Part shown: piece by piece, positions 38,533-48,632 of the stretch
Layout of the letters: every line of letters begins with the position of its first letter
Position numbering within the stretch: the stretch's first letter is position 1
Program-made: the position numbers and the translations under genes
The notes under the pieces: model-generated
What the model saw: the letters and a program-made list of their open reading frames with translations, nothing else
Databases searched by the model: none
Told to the model about the DNA's origin: nothing
Source of the DNA: Limisphaerales bacterium
GTDB lineage: Bacteria > Verrucomicrobiota > Verrucomicrobiia > Limisphaerales > JAJOIW01
Direction: 5' to 3'
DNA length: 64,000 bases
NCBI GenBank assembly: GCA_965657355.1
Contig: CBFHOE010000007.1
Span: 192,001-256,000 of the forward strand

Positions 38533-39930
38533 TTATGAGTGAATCGGTTTGTCATAAGTGGCCATTGCGGCCTCTTTCAAAGTCTCAGCAAGGGTCGGGT
38601 GAGCATGACAAGTTCTAGCTATGTCTTCACTGCTTGCACCAAAATTCATTCCAGCAACTGCCTCAGCAATAATTTCCCCGGCGTTATGCCCAACGATATG
38701 CACCCCTAAAACACGATCCGTTTCCGCATGCGAAAGAACCTTAACTTTACCATCAGAGTGCCCCCCTGCAAGAGCCCTACCATTAGCAGCGAATGCAAAA
38801 ACCCCCTTTTTAAATGGAATTCCCTCAGATTCGAGTTCCTCCTGAGTTTTACCCACAGAAGCGACTTCAGGGTGAGTGTACACAATACCAGGGACTAAAT
38901 TGTAGTCGACGTGACCATAACCAGTAGCCATTTTCTCGACGCAGGCGATACCATCTTCTTCTGCTTTATGCGCCAGCATTGGGCCTGGAATGACATCACC
39001 AATAGCATAAATACCTTGTAATGATGTTTCAAAATTTTGATCGACCAAGATGCGTCCCCTTTCTGTTTTAATCCCTAGGCCCTCTATTCCCAGACCGTCA
39101 GTAAAAGGAACTCGACCAACGGCAACAATGACTTTGTCACAAGCAACTGGATCTTTCCCATCAAGTTCAATTTCACATTTCCCATCAATAACGCTGGCAC
39201 CAGTGACTTTAGTATTGAGATGAAACTCAATTCCCTGCTTTGCAAGTATCCTTTGAGCAATCTTAGCAATTTCTAAATCCACTCCGGGAAGAATTCTATC
39301 GAGATATTCCAGAACAGTAACCTTAGAGCCGAGTCTTGCCCAGACGGACCCTAACTCCAAACCAATGGCTCCAGCACCAATGAGAACAAGGTGCTCAGGT
39401 GCCTCGGCAAATTCTAGGGCTTCAGTGCTGGTTACGATTTTCTCTCCATCACAGTCCAAACCAGGCAAATCAAATGGGCGACTTCCCGTAGCAATGATTA
39501 TTTTTTCGCAATCTATAATTATTTTTTCTTTGCTCTCACTGATATCGACAGAAACCTTCCCTTGAGATTCAATGGTCGCCATACCTGCATATTTAGTGAC
39601 TTTATTCTTTTTAATAAGCCCTTCGATACCAGAGGCTAAAGTTTTAACAACTCTAGATTTACGATTCATCATTTTACCGATATCAACGGACACATCGGCT
39701 TTTATTCCATGATCAGCAAACTTATTTCTTGCTTGAGCATATAATTCACTGGATTCAAGAAGTGCTTTGCTTGGGATACAACCAACTCTCAAACAGGTTC
39801 CACCCATAAGTTTCTCTTTTTCAATCAAGGCGACATCCATGCCTAATTGAGCAGCTTTTATAGCTGCCACATACCCACCTGGCCCCGCTCCAATGATGAC
39901 GAGTCGATGTTTGACTGATTGTTTTTTCAT
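38533..39930 (-). CDS. lpdA: Dihydrolipoyl dehydrogenase (E3)
   Basis: GAGPGG, GGTCLRVGCIPSK, GAGAIGLE, HAHPTLAE. Confidence 0.97.
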   Translation of the reverse strand: MKKQSVKHRLVIIGAGPGGYVAAIKAAQLGMDVALIEKEKLMGGTCLRVGCIPSKALLESSELYAQARNKFADHGIKADVSVDIGKMMNRKSRVVKTLASGIEGLIKKNKVTKYAGMATIESQGKVSVDISESKEKIIIDCEKIIIATGSRPFDLPGLDCDGEKIVTSTEALEFAEAPEHLVLIGAGAIGLELGSVWARLGSKVTVLEYLDRILPGVDLEIAKIAQRILAKQGIEFHLNTKVTGASVIDGKCEIELDGKDPVACDKVIVAVGRVPFTDGLGIEGLGIKTERGRILVDQNFETSLQGIYAIGDVIPGPMLAHKAEEDGIACVEKMATGYGHVDYNLVPGIVYTHPEVASVGKTQEELESEGIPFKKGVFAFAANGRALAGGHSDGKVKVLSHAETDRVLGVHIVGHNAGEIIAEAVAGMNFGASSEDIARTCHAHPTLAETLKEAAMATYDKPIHS

Positions 39931-39950
39931 AGCGTTTTGTCTTTCAAACT

Positions 39951-41162
39951 TTAGATTTCAACCAGGATTCTAGCTGGATCTTCAATCGCTTGTTTCACTC
40001 GCACTAAAAATGAGACGGCTTCACGTCCGTCCACAAGTCGATGGTCGTAAGTGAGGGCAACATACATCATTGGACGAATTTCAACGGCACCGTTCACGGC
40101 TACAGGTCTTTGCTGAATAGAGTGCATCCCTAGGATTCCGCTTTGAGGTGGATTAATAATTGGAGTTGATAGCATGGATCCATAGATCCCTCCGTTAGTT
40201 AATGTGAAGGTTCCTCCTTGGAGCTCATCGATTGTTAAACGATTTTCTTTGGCCTTTTTGGCAAGCTCGCCAATTTTGAGCTCCAGTTCCGCAAAACTAA
40301 GATGATTGGCATCTCTGATCACAGGGACCACCAACCCCTTGCCGCCTCCGACTGCAACACCTATGTCATAGTAATTTTTATAAATGATACTATTGTCTTT
40401 AATCTCGGCGTTGATGCCAGGGAATTGCTTTAATGCGTCTATGCACGCCTTAATAAAAAAGGACATGAATCCTAATTTGACTCCATGTTTTTTGATGAAA
40501 TCTTCCTTAAATCTAGCCCTGAGATCCATGACCCCTGTCATATCAATTTCGTTAAATGTAGTCAGGAGTGCCCCTTGTTGTTGTGCCTCAACTAAACTCT
40601 TGGCAATGGATCTTCTGAGTGGGCTCATCGGGACAATTTTCTCTTCGCGATAAGTGTTTCCGGAACCACTCGATGTCGATACCGTTTTATTGGCCAGGTC
40701 AGACCCCTCTTTTTTGTCATTTGCGCTATGAATAGCCTGTTGGGCATCTTCCTTTAGAAGCCTTCCACCAGGCCCAGATGGCTGAACCTCATCCGGTGAT
40801 TTTCCAGACTGTTCGAGAATTCTCTTTGCTGAAGGCATCACAATAGATTCAGGATCCGATTGATTTTCATTCTCTGGTTCCTTGTCAGATTTAGAATCAC
40901 CCTCAGCCTTAGCTGTTACTGTTCCATCTGTTTCGATTTGAGCAATAACTCCACCAACAGATACCAAGTCTCCAACCTGTTTAACAATCGACATCAGAAC
41001 CCCGGATTCGGGAGATGGGATTTCGACATTGGCCTTGTCGGTTTCTACCAAAACGACCGGTTCATCTTTGCTGACTAGGTCACCCTCGTTTTTCAACCAT
41101 TCCCCAATTTGGACTTCGGTTATGGATTCACCCACTGCAGGGACTTTTAATTCTATCGGCAT
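39951..41162 (-). CDS. sucB: 2-oxoglutarate dehydrogenase E2
   Basis: VGESITE, ETDKA (lipoyl Lys), [15 protein letters not shown]. Confidence 0.97.
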   Translation of the reverse strand: MPIELKVPAVGESITEVQIGEWLKNEGDLVSKDEPVVLVETDKANVEIPSPESGVLMSIVKQVGDLVSVGGVIAQIETDGTVTAKAEGDSKSDKEPENENQSDPESIVMPSAKRILEQSGKSPDEVQPSGPGGRLLKEDAQQAIHSANDKKEGSDLANKTVSTSSGSGNTYREEKIVPMSPLRRSIAKSLVEAQQQGALLTTFNEIDMTGVMDLRARFKEDFIKKHGVKLGFMSFFIKACIDALKQFPGINAEIKDNSIIYKNYYDIGVAVGGGKGLVVPVIRDANHLSFAELELKIGELAKKAKENRLTIDELQGGTFTLTNGGIYGSMLSTPIINPPQSGILGMHSIQQRPVAVNGAVEIRPMMYVALTYDHRLVDGREAVSFLVRVKQAIEDPARILVEI

Positions 41163-41167
41163 ATGTT

Positions 41168-41701
41168 TTAATTATTTTTTAAAGTCAGATTATCCGTGAC
41201 AGCTGTCACCCATTTTGTCGACTCTGCAATTTCCAGAGCATTATCTCTTATGGAGCTGGAGCCAACGTTTCCAGATAGTGAGACTTCACCATCGTTGGAT
41301 TCAACATTTATCTGGTATAAATCAGGTCCAAGTTTCCTGACAAGTTCCGTCCTCACTGCTGTGATAATCCATCCATCTCGGAAGAAACCACTAAAAAAAC
41401 TTACGGCAGTGTTTGAAAATGATTTTAGGGCAAGACCAGCTTCGTCTAAACTATCAGTCGTAAAATAATTTTCAACATCGACTCCTTTGAGTCTACGCAC
41501 TGTATTAGTGGAAATTTTTTTAATTTTTAAATTTGCCGAATCCCATACATTTGTGCTCAGGTTTGAGTTATGCAACGGTTCATCATTACGACCCGATGGA
41601 ACCTGTTTATCTGAGTTTTGAATCAATTGTGGCGAGTTGATCGCTATGAAAACGATCCATCCCATACCGCAAAAAACCAATACCCAGAATAAAACCTTCA
41701 T
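41168..41701 (-). CDS. Membrane-anchored BON-domain protein
   Basis: N-terminal TM helix; C-terminal [12 protein letters not shown]...[16 protein letters not shown]...[11 protein letters not shown] pattern. Confidence 0.8.
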   Translation of the reverse strand: MKVLFWVLVFCGMGWIVFIAINSPQLIQNSDKQVPSGRNDEPLHNSNLSTNVWDSANLKIKKISTNTVRRLKGVDVENYFTTDSLDEAGLALKSFSNTAVSFFSGFFRDGWIITAVRTELVRKLGPDLYQINVESNDGEVSLSGNVGSSSIRDNALEIAESTKWVTAVTDNLTLKNN

Positions 41702-41704
41702 TCT

Positions 41705-44533
41705 TTATGAATTGCTTTTCTTGAAATCATCGAAAGCCTCATTTATGAGCTTTTCTTGTTCGCGCTTGTGAGAGTTTGACGAACCCGTAGCTGGGCTTGC
41801 TGATGGTGGCCTGCAGGTGACGGATAGAGGGTGGGAGCCAAGTAATTGATCACCAAAATGAACTCTTAAAAACCACCACGCGCCCATATTTTCAGGCTCG
41901 TCTTGAACCCAGGTTATTGGCGTCTTCGGATCATATCCCTCAAGAGCCTTTGCGAGGGATTTATCACAAAATGGATAGAATTGTTCAACACGAACAATCG
42001 CTATGTCAGTGCGGTCCAATTGTTTCCTTTTTTTGATCAAGTCATAATAAATTTTTCCACTGCAAAGAAGAATTCTTTTTACTTTTTCAGCTGAGATGTC
42101 CTCAGCTTCGCCAAGGACTCGATGAAACCTGTCCTGAGATAAATCTTCTAATGTGCATTGTGCTTCCGGATGGCGTAAAAGACTTTTAGGGGTCATAACA
42201 ACCAATGGTTTTCTCCACTTTCTTTCGACCTGCCTTCTGAGAAGATGAAAATACTGTTTGGGTGTCGATGGCTGACAGACTTGGATATTGTCCTCGGCAC
42301 ACTGCGCCAAAAATCTTTCCAGGCGTGCGCTAGAATGCTCTGGGCCTTGACCCTCAAAACCATGAGGTAATAATAGGACTAGACCGCTCAATATCTGCCA
42401 CTTATCTTCTGCAGAACTTATAAATTGGTCTATGATGACCTGGGCAACATTGACAAAATCACCAAATTGAGCCTCCCACATCACCAACGCATTTGGCGTA
42501 TCGAGGCTGTATCCGTAATCAAAGCCTAGTACAGCCATTTCAGATAGAGGGCTATTATGTATTTGAACTTTAGCTTGATCAGCAGAAAAATTTTCAAGGG
42601 GTGTATATGTTTTTCCTGTCAAATAGTCATGCAGTCTGGCATGCCTGTGGCTGAATGTTCCGCGGCAACTATCTTGACCACTCAGTCGCACCTGATATCC
42701 CTGAAGAGCTAAAGAGCCCATGGCGAGAGCTTCAGCGCAGGCCCAATCAATCCCCTCACCATCAATGACAGCCTGATGACGCGAATCCAAAAGCTTTTTA
42801 ATTTTTGGATGCGGCGTGAACCCTTCCGGAATGGTTGTTAGCTTTCCTGAGATTTCTTTGAGGACTTTAGCGTCTACGCCCGTAGGTGGTTCTGTGGCAT
42901 CTAATTCGGACCCACCAAAGTAATCTGCCCAAACTGGGCCTCTTTTTGGTTCGGGCAAGTGGTAGTTGCTTGATCTGGCGATTGACAGTTCCTCTTCTAG
43001 TAATTTCGTTCTCGCCTCCTGAATCTGATCCGCCTCGTCTCTGGTTATATCATCATGACTCATAAGGTTATCCAGATAACCTTCTCTGACAGTTTTTCTT
43101 TGCCTTATTTTTTTGTAGAGCAGCGGTTGGGTGAAAGCCGGTTCATCGCTTTCATTATGTCCCAATCTCCTGTAGCCATACATATCAATAACAAGATCCA
43201 TTTGGAATTCATTGCGAAAATCCATGGCGAGTTTGATAACTTGGGCTACTGCCTCGGGGTCCTCACCATTGACGTGGAAGATGGGGATCTGTAACATTTT
43301 TGCAACATCTGTTGCATATTTTGAAGAACGGCTCTCTTCAGAATCCGTAGTAAACCCAATCTGATTATTTAGGATGATATGGAGAGTACCACCAGTTCTA
43401 TAGCCATTTAAATTACTCAGATTGAGACATTCCTGAACAACCCCCTCTCCTATGAAAGCCGCATCTCCATGAATGATGACACCAAGAATTTCTTTTCTAT
43501 CCTCATCAGAACGGCGATCTTGCTTGGCCCTGACTCGCCCCATGACGACGGGATCAACAAATTCTAGGTGGCTTGGGTTGAAGCAGAGGGAGAGATGTAC
43601 TTGTTTCCCATCAGTGGTGACCCAATCATTACTGAATCCGAGGTGGTATTTCACGTCCCCTCGGCCTTCAAACCTTTCCGGATCTGCATCAGTAAACTCT
43701 CGAAAAATCTGACTCGGACTCTTCCCCATAATGTTGGCAAGAACGTTGAGTCGACCACGGTGCGCCATCCCAATGACTATTTCTCGAATATCTTGCGATC
43801 CAGCTTCCTCAATAGCCATATCGAGAAGAGGTATCAAACTTTCACTTCCCTCCAGTGAGAAACTTTTTGCTCCAATGAATTTCTTGTGAATAAATTCCTC
43901 AAAAACAACAGCATCGGTCAGCCTAGTTAAAATTCTTAATTGCTTACTCTTATCGAGGGAAAGACGATTTTCTGATCTTTCCATCCTATCTTGGAGCCAC
44001 CTTCTAACAGACTTATCGCTTATATGCATGTACTCAACACCGATGGAGCGACAATATGTATTTTTAAGTTTCTCAAGAATTTGCCCCAGACTCATCATGG
44101 AATCGGTCTCAGACAGTTCGTATGAAAATTTTTTATGCAGGTCAGATTCTTTGAACCCATAGGATTCTGGGTTGAGCTCTGGGGGACGGGGTGGTTTTCG
44201 GCCAAGCGGATCTAAATTTGCAGCCTCGTGGCCACGGGTTCGATAAGCTCGAAGAAGCTGATCTAACCGGTCTTGCAATTCTGCTACACCTTCACGTGAG
44301 AATTCATCAGAAGTTTTTTTAGAATCATGAGGTCTCGCATGAAATAAGCTTTCTGCTTTCCAAACGGGTTCTTGGAATGCCGTCCCTTCCAATTCTGAAA
44401 TAGATTCGAAATAATTTCTCCATGCCTTGTCTACCGAGGCTGGATTCTCGAGATACAGCTGAAAAAGCTCTTCTATAAACTGTAGGTTCCCGGCATTTAT
44501 CGGGACGCTACCTCCACTTGAGGAATCAATCAT
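41705..44533 (-). CDS. sucA: 2-oxoglutarate dehydrogenase E1
   Basis: GMAHRGRLN, GDVKYHLG, NPSHLE, HGDAAF, WEAQFGDF, GPEHSSAR. Confidence 0.97.
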   Translation of the reverse strand: MIDSSSGGSVPINAGNLQFIEELFQLYLENPASVDKAWRNYFESISELEGTAFQEPVWKAESLFHARPHDSKKTSDEFSREGVAELQDRLDQLLRAYRTRGHEAANLDPLGRKPPRPPELNPESYGFKESDLHKKFSYELSETDSMMSLGQILEKLKNTYCRSIGVEYMHISDKSVRRWLQDRMERSENRLSLDKSKQLRILTRLTDAVVFEEFIHKKFIGAKSFSLEGSESLIPLLDMAIEEAGSQDIREIVIGMAHRGRLNVLANIMGKSPSQIFREFTDADPERFEGRGDVKYHLGFSNDWVTTDGKQVHLSLCFNPSHLEFVDPVVMGRVRAKQDRRSDEDRKEILGVIIHGDAAFIGEGVVQECLNLSNLNGYRTGGTLHIILNNQIGFTTDSEESRSSKYATDVAKMLQIPIFHVNGEDPEAVAQVIKLAMDFRNEFQMDLVIDMYGYRRLGHNESDEPAFTQPLLYKKIRQRKTVREGYLDNLMSHDDITRDEADQIQEARTKLLEEELSIARSSNYHLPEPKRGPVWADYFGGSELDATEPPTGVDAKVLKEISGKLTTIPEGFTPHPKIKKLLDSRHQAVIDGEGIDWACAEALAMGSLALQGYQVRLSGQDSCRGTFSHRHARLHDYLTGKTYTPLENFSADQAKVQIHNSPLSEMAVLGFDYGYSLDTPNALVMWEAQFGDFVNVAQVIIDQFISSAEDKWQILSGLVLLLPHGFEGQGPEHSSARLERFLAQCAEDNIQVCQPSTPKQYFHLLRRQVERKWRKPLVVMTPKSLLRHPEAQCTLEDLSQDRFHRVLGEAEDISAEKVKRILLCSGKIYYDLIKKRKQLDRTDIAIVRVEQFYPFCDKSLAKALEGYDPKTPITWVQDEPENMGAWWFLRVHFGDQLLGSHPLSVTCRPPSASPATGSSNSHKREQEKLINEAFDDFKKSNS

Positions 44534-44726
44534 CGCGGCTAATTAACCTTTATAAAACAATGTAGAATTAGTATTGCAGAGTCAAAACCGAACTCCCAAT
44601 TATTTACGTATTATTAAACACGGCGGAAATAACATACCACTAGTTAAGGTAATTTAGCGAAAAATCTCAAAAAGTCTGCCCCTCCCCCAATAAATGTCCG
44701 ACCTTGGTCCGTATTATGCCCGAGGT

Positions 44727-44933
44727 ATGAAAAAATTATTAAGGTCTATCATCCCGACTGAAGGAGCTATCGTTGCCATTTTCGGGGGATCAAAACTTGT
44801 CAGAAAAGGATGGAATAAATTTGAAATTCACGGGGGATCACCTGAAGAACAACAGGAGGCCTACGAATGGATGTCCCTTTTTCTTCACGGTGTCAATGTT
44901 CAAGAACACCAGACCAATCAAAACCAATCCTGA
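44727..44933 (+). CDS. Small hypothetical protein
   Basis: GAGGT just before ATG 44727 (ORF track start 44694); fills the sucA-priA gap; protein-like sequence FGGSKLV...GGSPEE...EWMSLF. Confidence 0.6.
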   Translation: MKKLLRSIIPTEGAIVAIFGGSKLVRKGWNKFEIHGGSPEEQQEAYEWMSLFLHGVNVQEHQTNQNQS

Positions 44934-44940
44934 AAATGGA

Positions 44941-47178
44941 TCAAGCGGTGAAAACCGGGTCCACATCAACGGTGATTTTAATTTTTGAGGGCAACTTAAA
45001 ACTGGAGACCCAATCCGAAATATAGCTGCTTAATCGAGACATGTTTTTAGTGCGCATCATAATTTGAAACCTGAAATGATCTTCGGTTTTTGCCAAAGGG
45101 GCGGGACTTGGCCCAGCAATCGTCAAATTAGGAAAGCCATCAAGTATTGATTCCAAATTCTTGCGGGCCAATGCGGTCACTTCTTCCAGTTTAGATTCAT
45201 CGGGCCCCCGAAATAATAAAATCATCATACGTCCAAATGGCGGATACCCGAGTTGGCTTCGAAATTCCACCTCCTGCTCATAAAACCCTTCGAAATCATG
45301 CCTTCTCGCGTATTGAATGGCTGCGTGAAATGGCGTGTAGGACTGGACAAAGACTTCGCCCTCAATGTCCCCTCTTCCTGCTCGGCCGGACACTTGAGTT
45401 ATAAGTTGGAATGTCCTTTCTCCAGCCCGAAAATCCGGTAAGTGCAAACTCAAATCAGCGTATATAATGCCAACTAGGGTCACATTAGGAAAATGGAGAC
45501 CTTTCGTTATCATTTGTGTTCCAATCAGTATGTCTATTTTCCCTACCCTGAAATCACTTAATATTTGCTTGAATTGGCCTTTTTTCTTTAAAGAATCTGA
45601 GTCCATCCTCGTAATGGTTGCTTCAGGAAAAATTTGATTTAAGGACTCTTCCACTCTCTCTGTTCCAAGTCCTAGGTATTCGATCTTTCCACTACCACAG
45701 GATGAGCATTTTTTTGGGGCTATTTCGGAATAGCCACACAAATGGCAACACAAACGACCAATCGACTGATGATAAGTCAAGGTAATGGAGCATCTGGGGC
45801 ATCCGACTACATGGCCGCAGTCCTGACACATTAAATTATTAGAATATCCACGCCTATTAAGGAATAACATGGTCTGCTCACCTCGTTCCAACCTTTGCAA
45901 CATCGCTTCCTTTAATGGCTGGGTAAATGGAGAAAATTTCCCTTTTTTTGCCCTCTTTTCAAGACGCAAATCCATGACTCTTATAACGGGTAAGGTTGCG
46001 TTGTCGGCTCTCTTATCCAATCTTAAGAGCTTATATTTTTCCTGCGATGCATTATGGAAGCTCTCAAGTGAAGGGGTTGCTGATCCGAGGATAACCACAG
46101 AATCCTCGAGGTGCCCCCGCATCACGGCCACATCTCTGGCATGATATTTAGGGGTTTCCTCTTGCTTGTAGGAATGCTCATGCTCCTCGTCAACAACAAT
46201 CAGGCCTAGATCTTTAACGGGTGCAAAAATAGCACTTCTTGCTCCGATGACTATTCTTGCTTTGCCACTATGGATTTTGTGCCATTCATCGTGACGCTCT
46301 CCTTCACTTAAGTGGGAATGAAGCACTGCGACTGTGGTTGCTGTTTTACCAGTCGAAAACCGAGCTCGAAATCTTTCAACTGTTTGCGGGGTCAAACTAA
46401 TTTCTGGAACCAAAACAATAGCTCCCCTGCCTCTGGCCAAGGTAGTTTGAATGGCTTGGAGATAGACTTCGGTTTTACCACTACCAGTGACCCCATATAG
46501 CAAAAAGACTTTGCTTATCTCCTCTCTCACGGCTTTGGATATCTCATCTAAAGCAACAGATTGTTGGTCATTAAGCGGCAACGGCTTTGATGGAAGGATT
46601 TCCTCACCTGCAGATGGGTCTCGCTCCAAAATTTCCTCTGAAAGTTTAACAATTTCATATTCAACCAACTTGTTGACAACAGACTTCGTCGAGCCGGTGA
46701 TTTTAATCAGGTCTCGCAAAGGTAAGACACGCCACTCCTCTATGACTTTTAGGATTTCTTTTTGGCGCTTTGTGAGGTTCGTTTCGGTTTCTGGATAATT
46801 TTTGATCCCGGCAAAACGAACCACTAATTGTTTCTTCCATCTCGCTTTTTCTTTTCTAACAGCAACTGGAAGCACACTCTTTAAAGCCGATTCCAAAGGG
46901 CAACAGTAATATTGGGAAAGCCATTTTGATAATTCGAGAATCTCGGGCGTGAGCAACGGCACCCGGTGAACGATTTCGCCGATAGGTTTGAGTTGCTTTA
47001 TGTCATATGAGGATTCTTTCGAAATTCCTGTCACATATCCTAATAGTTGGCGACTTCCAAATGGCACCCGAACCCGGCATCCAAGCTCTACAGATGAGCA
47101 CAAACTATCCGGAATCAGGTAATCAAACTCCTTACCAATTGCAAGATCGACGGAAACCCTGGCAATGACTGGATTCAT
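44941..47178 (-). CDS. priA: Primosomal protein N'
   Basis: GVTGSGKTEVY, VPEISLTPQ, DEEH, SATP, NRRGY, four CxxC motifs, QVSGRAGR. Confidence 0.97.
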   Translation of the reverse strand: MNPVIARVSVDLAIGKEFDYLIPDSLCSSVELGCRVRVPFGSRQLLGYVTGISKESSYDIKQLKPIGEIVHRVPLLTPEILELSKWLSQYYCCPLESALKSVLPVAVRKEKARWKKQLVVRFAGIKNYPETETNLTKRQKEILKVIEEWRVLPLRDLIKITGSTKSVVNKLVEYEIVKLSEEILERDPSAGEEILPSKPLPLNDQQSVALDEISKAVREEISKVFLLYGVTGSGKTEVYLQAIQTTLARGRGAIVLVPEISLTPQTVERFRARFSTGKTATTVAVLHSHLSEGERHDEWHKIHSGKARIVIGARSAIFAPVKDLGLIVVDEEHEHSYKQEETPKYHARDVAVMRGHLEDSVVILGSATPSLESFHNASQEKYKLLRLDKRADNATLPVIRVMDLRLEKRAKKGKFSPFTQPLKEAMLQRLERGEQTMLFLNRRGYSNNLMCQDCGHVVGCPRCSITLTYHQSIGRLCCHLCGYSEIAPKKCSSCGSGKIEYLGLGTERVEESLNQIFPEATITRMDSDSLKKKGQFKQILSDFRVGKIDILIGTQMITKGLHFPNVTLVGIIYADLSLHLPDFRAGERTFQLITQVSGRAGRGDIEGEVFVQSYTPFHAAIQYARRHDFEGFYEQEVEFRSQLGYPPFGRMMILLFRGPDESKLEEVTALARKNLESILDGFPNLTIAGPSPAPLAKTEDHFRFQIMMRTKNMSRLSSYISDWVSSFKLPSKIKITVDVDPVFTA

Positions 47179-47756
47179 TACTTTTCAGGATTAAACGATA
47201 CGCACCCTTTATTTAGAAGGTAATGCTGAAAAGCAACGGCCACCAAAGCATGCTGAAAGGCACCCTCTTTTAACCGTTGCTCCAAATCTTTCTCAGGGAT
47301 CAATTCAGTGACAATCTCTTCTCCAGGATCGAATCTGGTTTCCGACACTTTACGACACCCGCTGACGAAAACAGTGTGGCATATGTTGTTTTGGATGGCG
47401 GGGTTTGGAAAAATCTTTCCTATAATTGTTGCCTTGTCACCCCTGTAACCAGTCTCTTCAAGAAGTTCCCTGACGCCTGCAGAAATTGGACTAGAGTCTC
47501 GGCTGTCTATCATTCCACCGGGCACTTCCAGTTCGATCGTATTTGTTCCAGCCCGCCACTGCTTGACACATATGAATTGATGATCTTGTGTCAGCGCAAC
47601 AACGTTGACCCAATCAGGGGCCTCAATAGAGATGAAATTTTGCTTATAATCTCTATTAGGTGAAGCCCAAAGATCTTCTTTGAGTTTAAAAATTCGAAAA
47701 TCAGCTAAGGGATTATCCGTTAGTCTTGACCAAAATCCAGGCTGCATGGTGTCCAA
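47178..47756 (-). CDS. NUDIX hydrolase (ADP-ribose pyrophosphatase-like)
   Basis: EVPGG...RELLEETGY Nudix box; TAATG overlap with priA. Confidence 0.9.
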   Translation of the reverse strand: MDTMQPGFWSRLTDNPLADFRIFKLKEDLWASPNRDYKQNFISIEAPDWVNVVALTQDHQFICVKQWRAGTNTIELEVPGGMIDSRDSSPISAGVRELLEETGYRGDKATIIGKIFPNPAIQNNICHTVFVSGCRKVSETRFDPGEEIVTELIPEKDLEQRLKEGAFQHALVAVAFQHYLLNKGCVSFNPEK

Positions 47757-47814
47757 ATAAGTTGGCGCTCGATTTTCTTCTTCTCGCAGATTACTCCGCC
47801 AATCAGCTGGGGCC

Positions 47815-48030
47815 TTAAGACTGCCCTGAAGAGCCCCTTTTCACGACTTCTAGCAAGTGCTGCAGGGCACTTTGGTAAGTCCTATTTTTTTGCTCGGCTA
47901 ATTGTCTGGCCCTCTTATCAAGTTGGCTCGCCATAATCTCAGACTTTTCTTCGGGGCAGCCTAATGCACGGAGCGTTGATTCAATCAGAGGTATAGCCTC
48001 CTGTGGGGATGGAGGAACCTCCTGACTCAT
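47815..48030 (-). CDS. Small hypothetical protein
   Basis: ATG directly follows the ppi stop (TAA ATG); helical LGCP...MASQLDKRARQL. Confidence 0.7.
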   Translation of the reverse strand: MSQEVPPSPQEAIPLIESTLRALGCPEEKSEIMASQLDKRARQLAEQKNRTYQSALQHLLEVVKRGSSGQS

Positions 48031-48540
48031 TTATTTTTCAAGTTCTGAAATTTTTATACTGATGAGCTCAACACGACCCACTGGCTTACTATTTTCGCCT
48101 GAAGAGCTCATCTCGACTGGGGTTTCCTCGAGCTTGGCTAAGGTATCTTCGCCATCAATCAATTTTCCAAAACAAGTATATTGTCCATCAAGAAAATCGG
48201 CATCTGCAAAGCAGATAAAAAACTGAGACCCGGCGGAATCAGGATCCTGGGATCTAGCCATGGAGATGACCCCTCGCTGGTGCTTATTCGCATTAAATTC
48301 AGCTTTTACAGTGTATCCAGGACCTCCAGTGCCGTATATTCGTTCTTTAGATTCATCCTTCGTATTCGGATCTCCGCCTTGAATCATGAATCCTTTAATG
48401 AGGCGATGAAAGCAGGTTCCATCGTAAAACCCCTCACGGGCTAACTTCTTGAAATTTTCTACTGTTTTTGGGGCCACATCATCCCAGAAATCTATGACGA
48501 TAGGTCCTTGCGCTGTTTCTATTGTTGCTACTTCACTCAT
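48031..48540 (-). CDS. Cyclophilin-type peptidyl-prolyl cis-trans isomerase
   Basis: APKTVENF, FHR-I-GFMIQGGDP, SMAR, SAGSQFFI, LDGQYT-FG. Confidence 0.95.
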   Translation of the reverse strand: MSEVATIETAQGPIVIDFWDDVAPKTVENFKKLAREGFYDGTCFHRLIKGFMIQGGDPNTKDESKERIYGTGGPGYTVKAEFNANKHQRGVISMARSQDPDSAGSQFFICFADADFLDGQYTCFGKLIDGEDTLAKLEETPVEMSSSGENSKPVGRVELISIKISELEK

Positions 48541-48632
48541 TATTGTCTTTCAGATTTGTACGGGTCCTATAAGACGCCCTTTACCTACGGATACTACCAT
48601 CTAAATAACCAGATGGAAAAATCAAAAAACTA

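Noticed and set aside
48597..48616. CCATCT-N8-AGATGG hairpin as ygfZ terminator
   Set aside because: No downstream U-tract on the coding strand and only a 6-bp stem.
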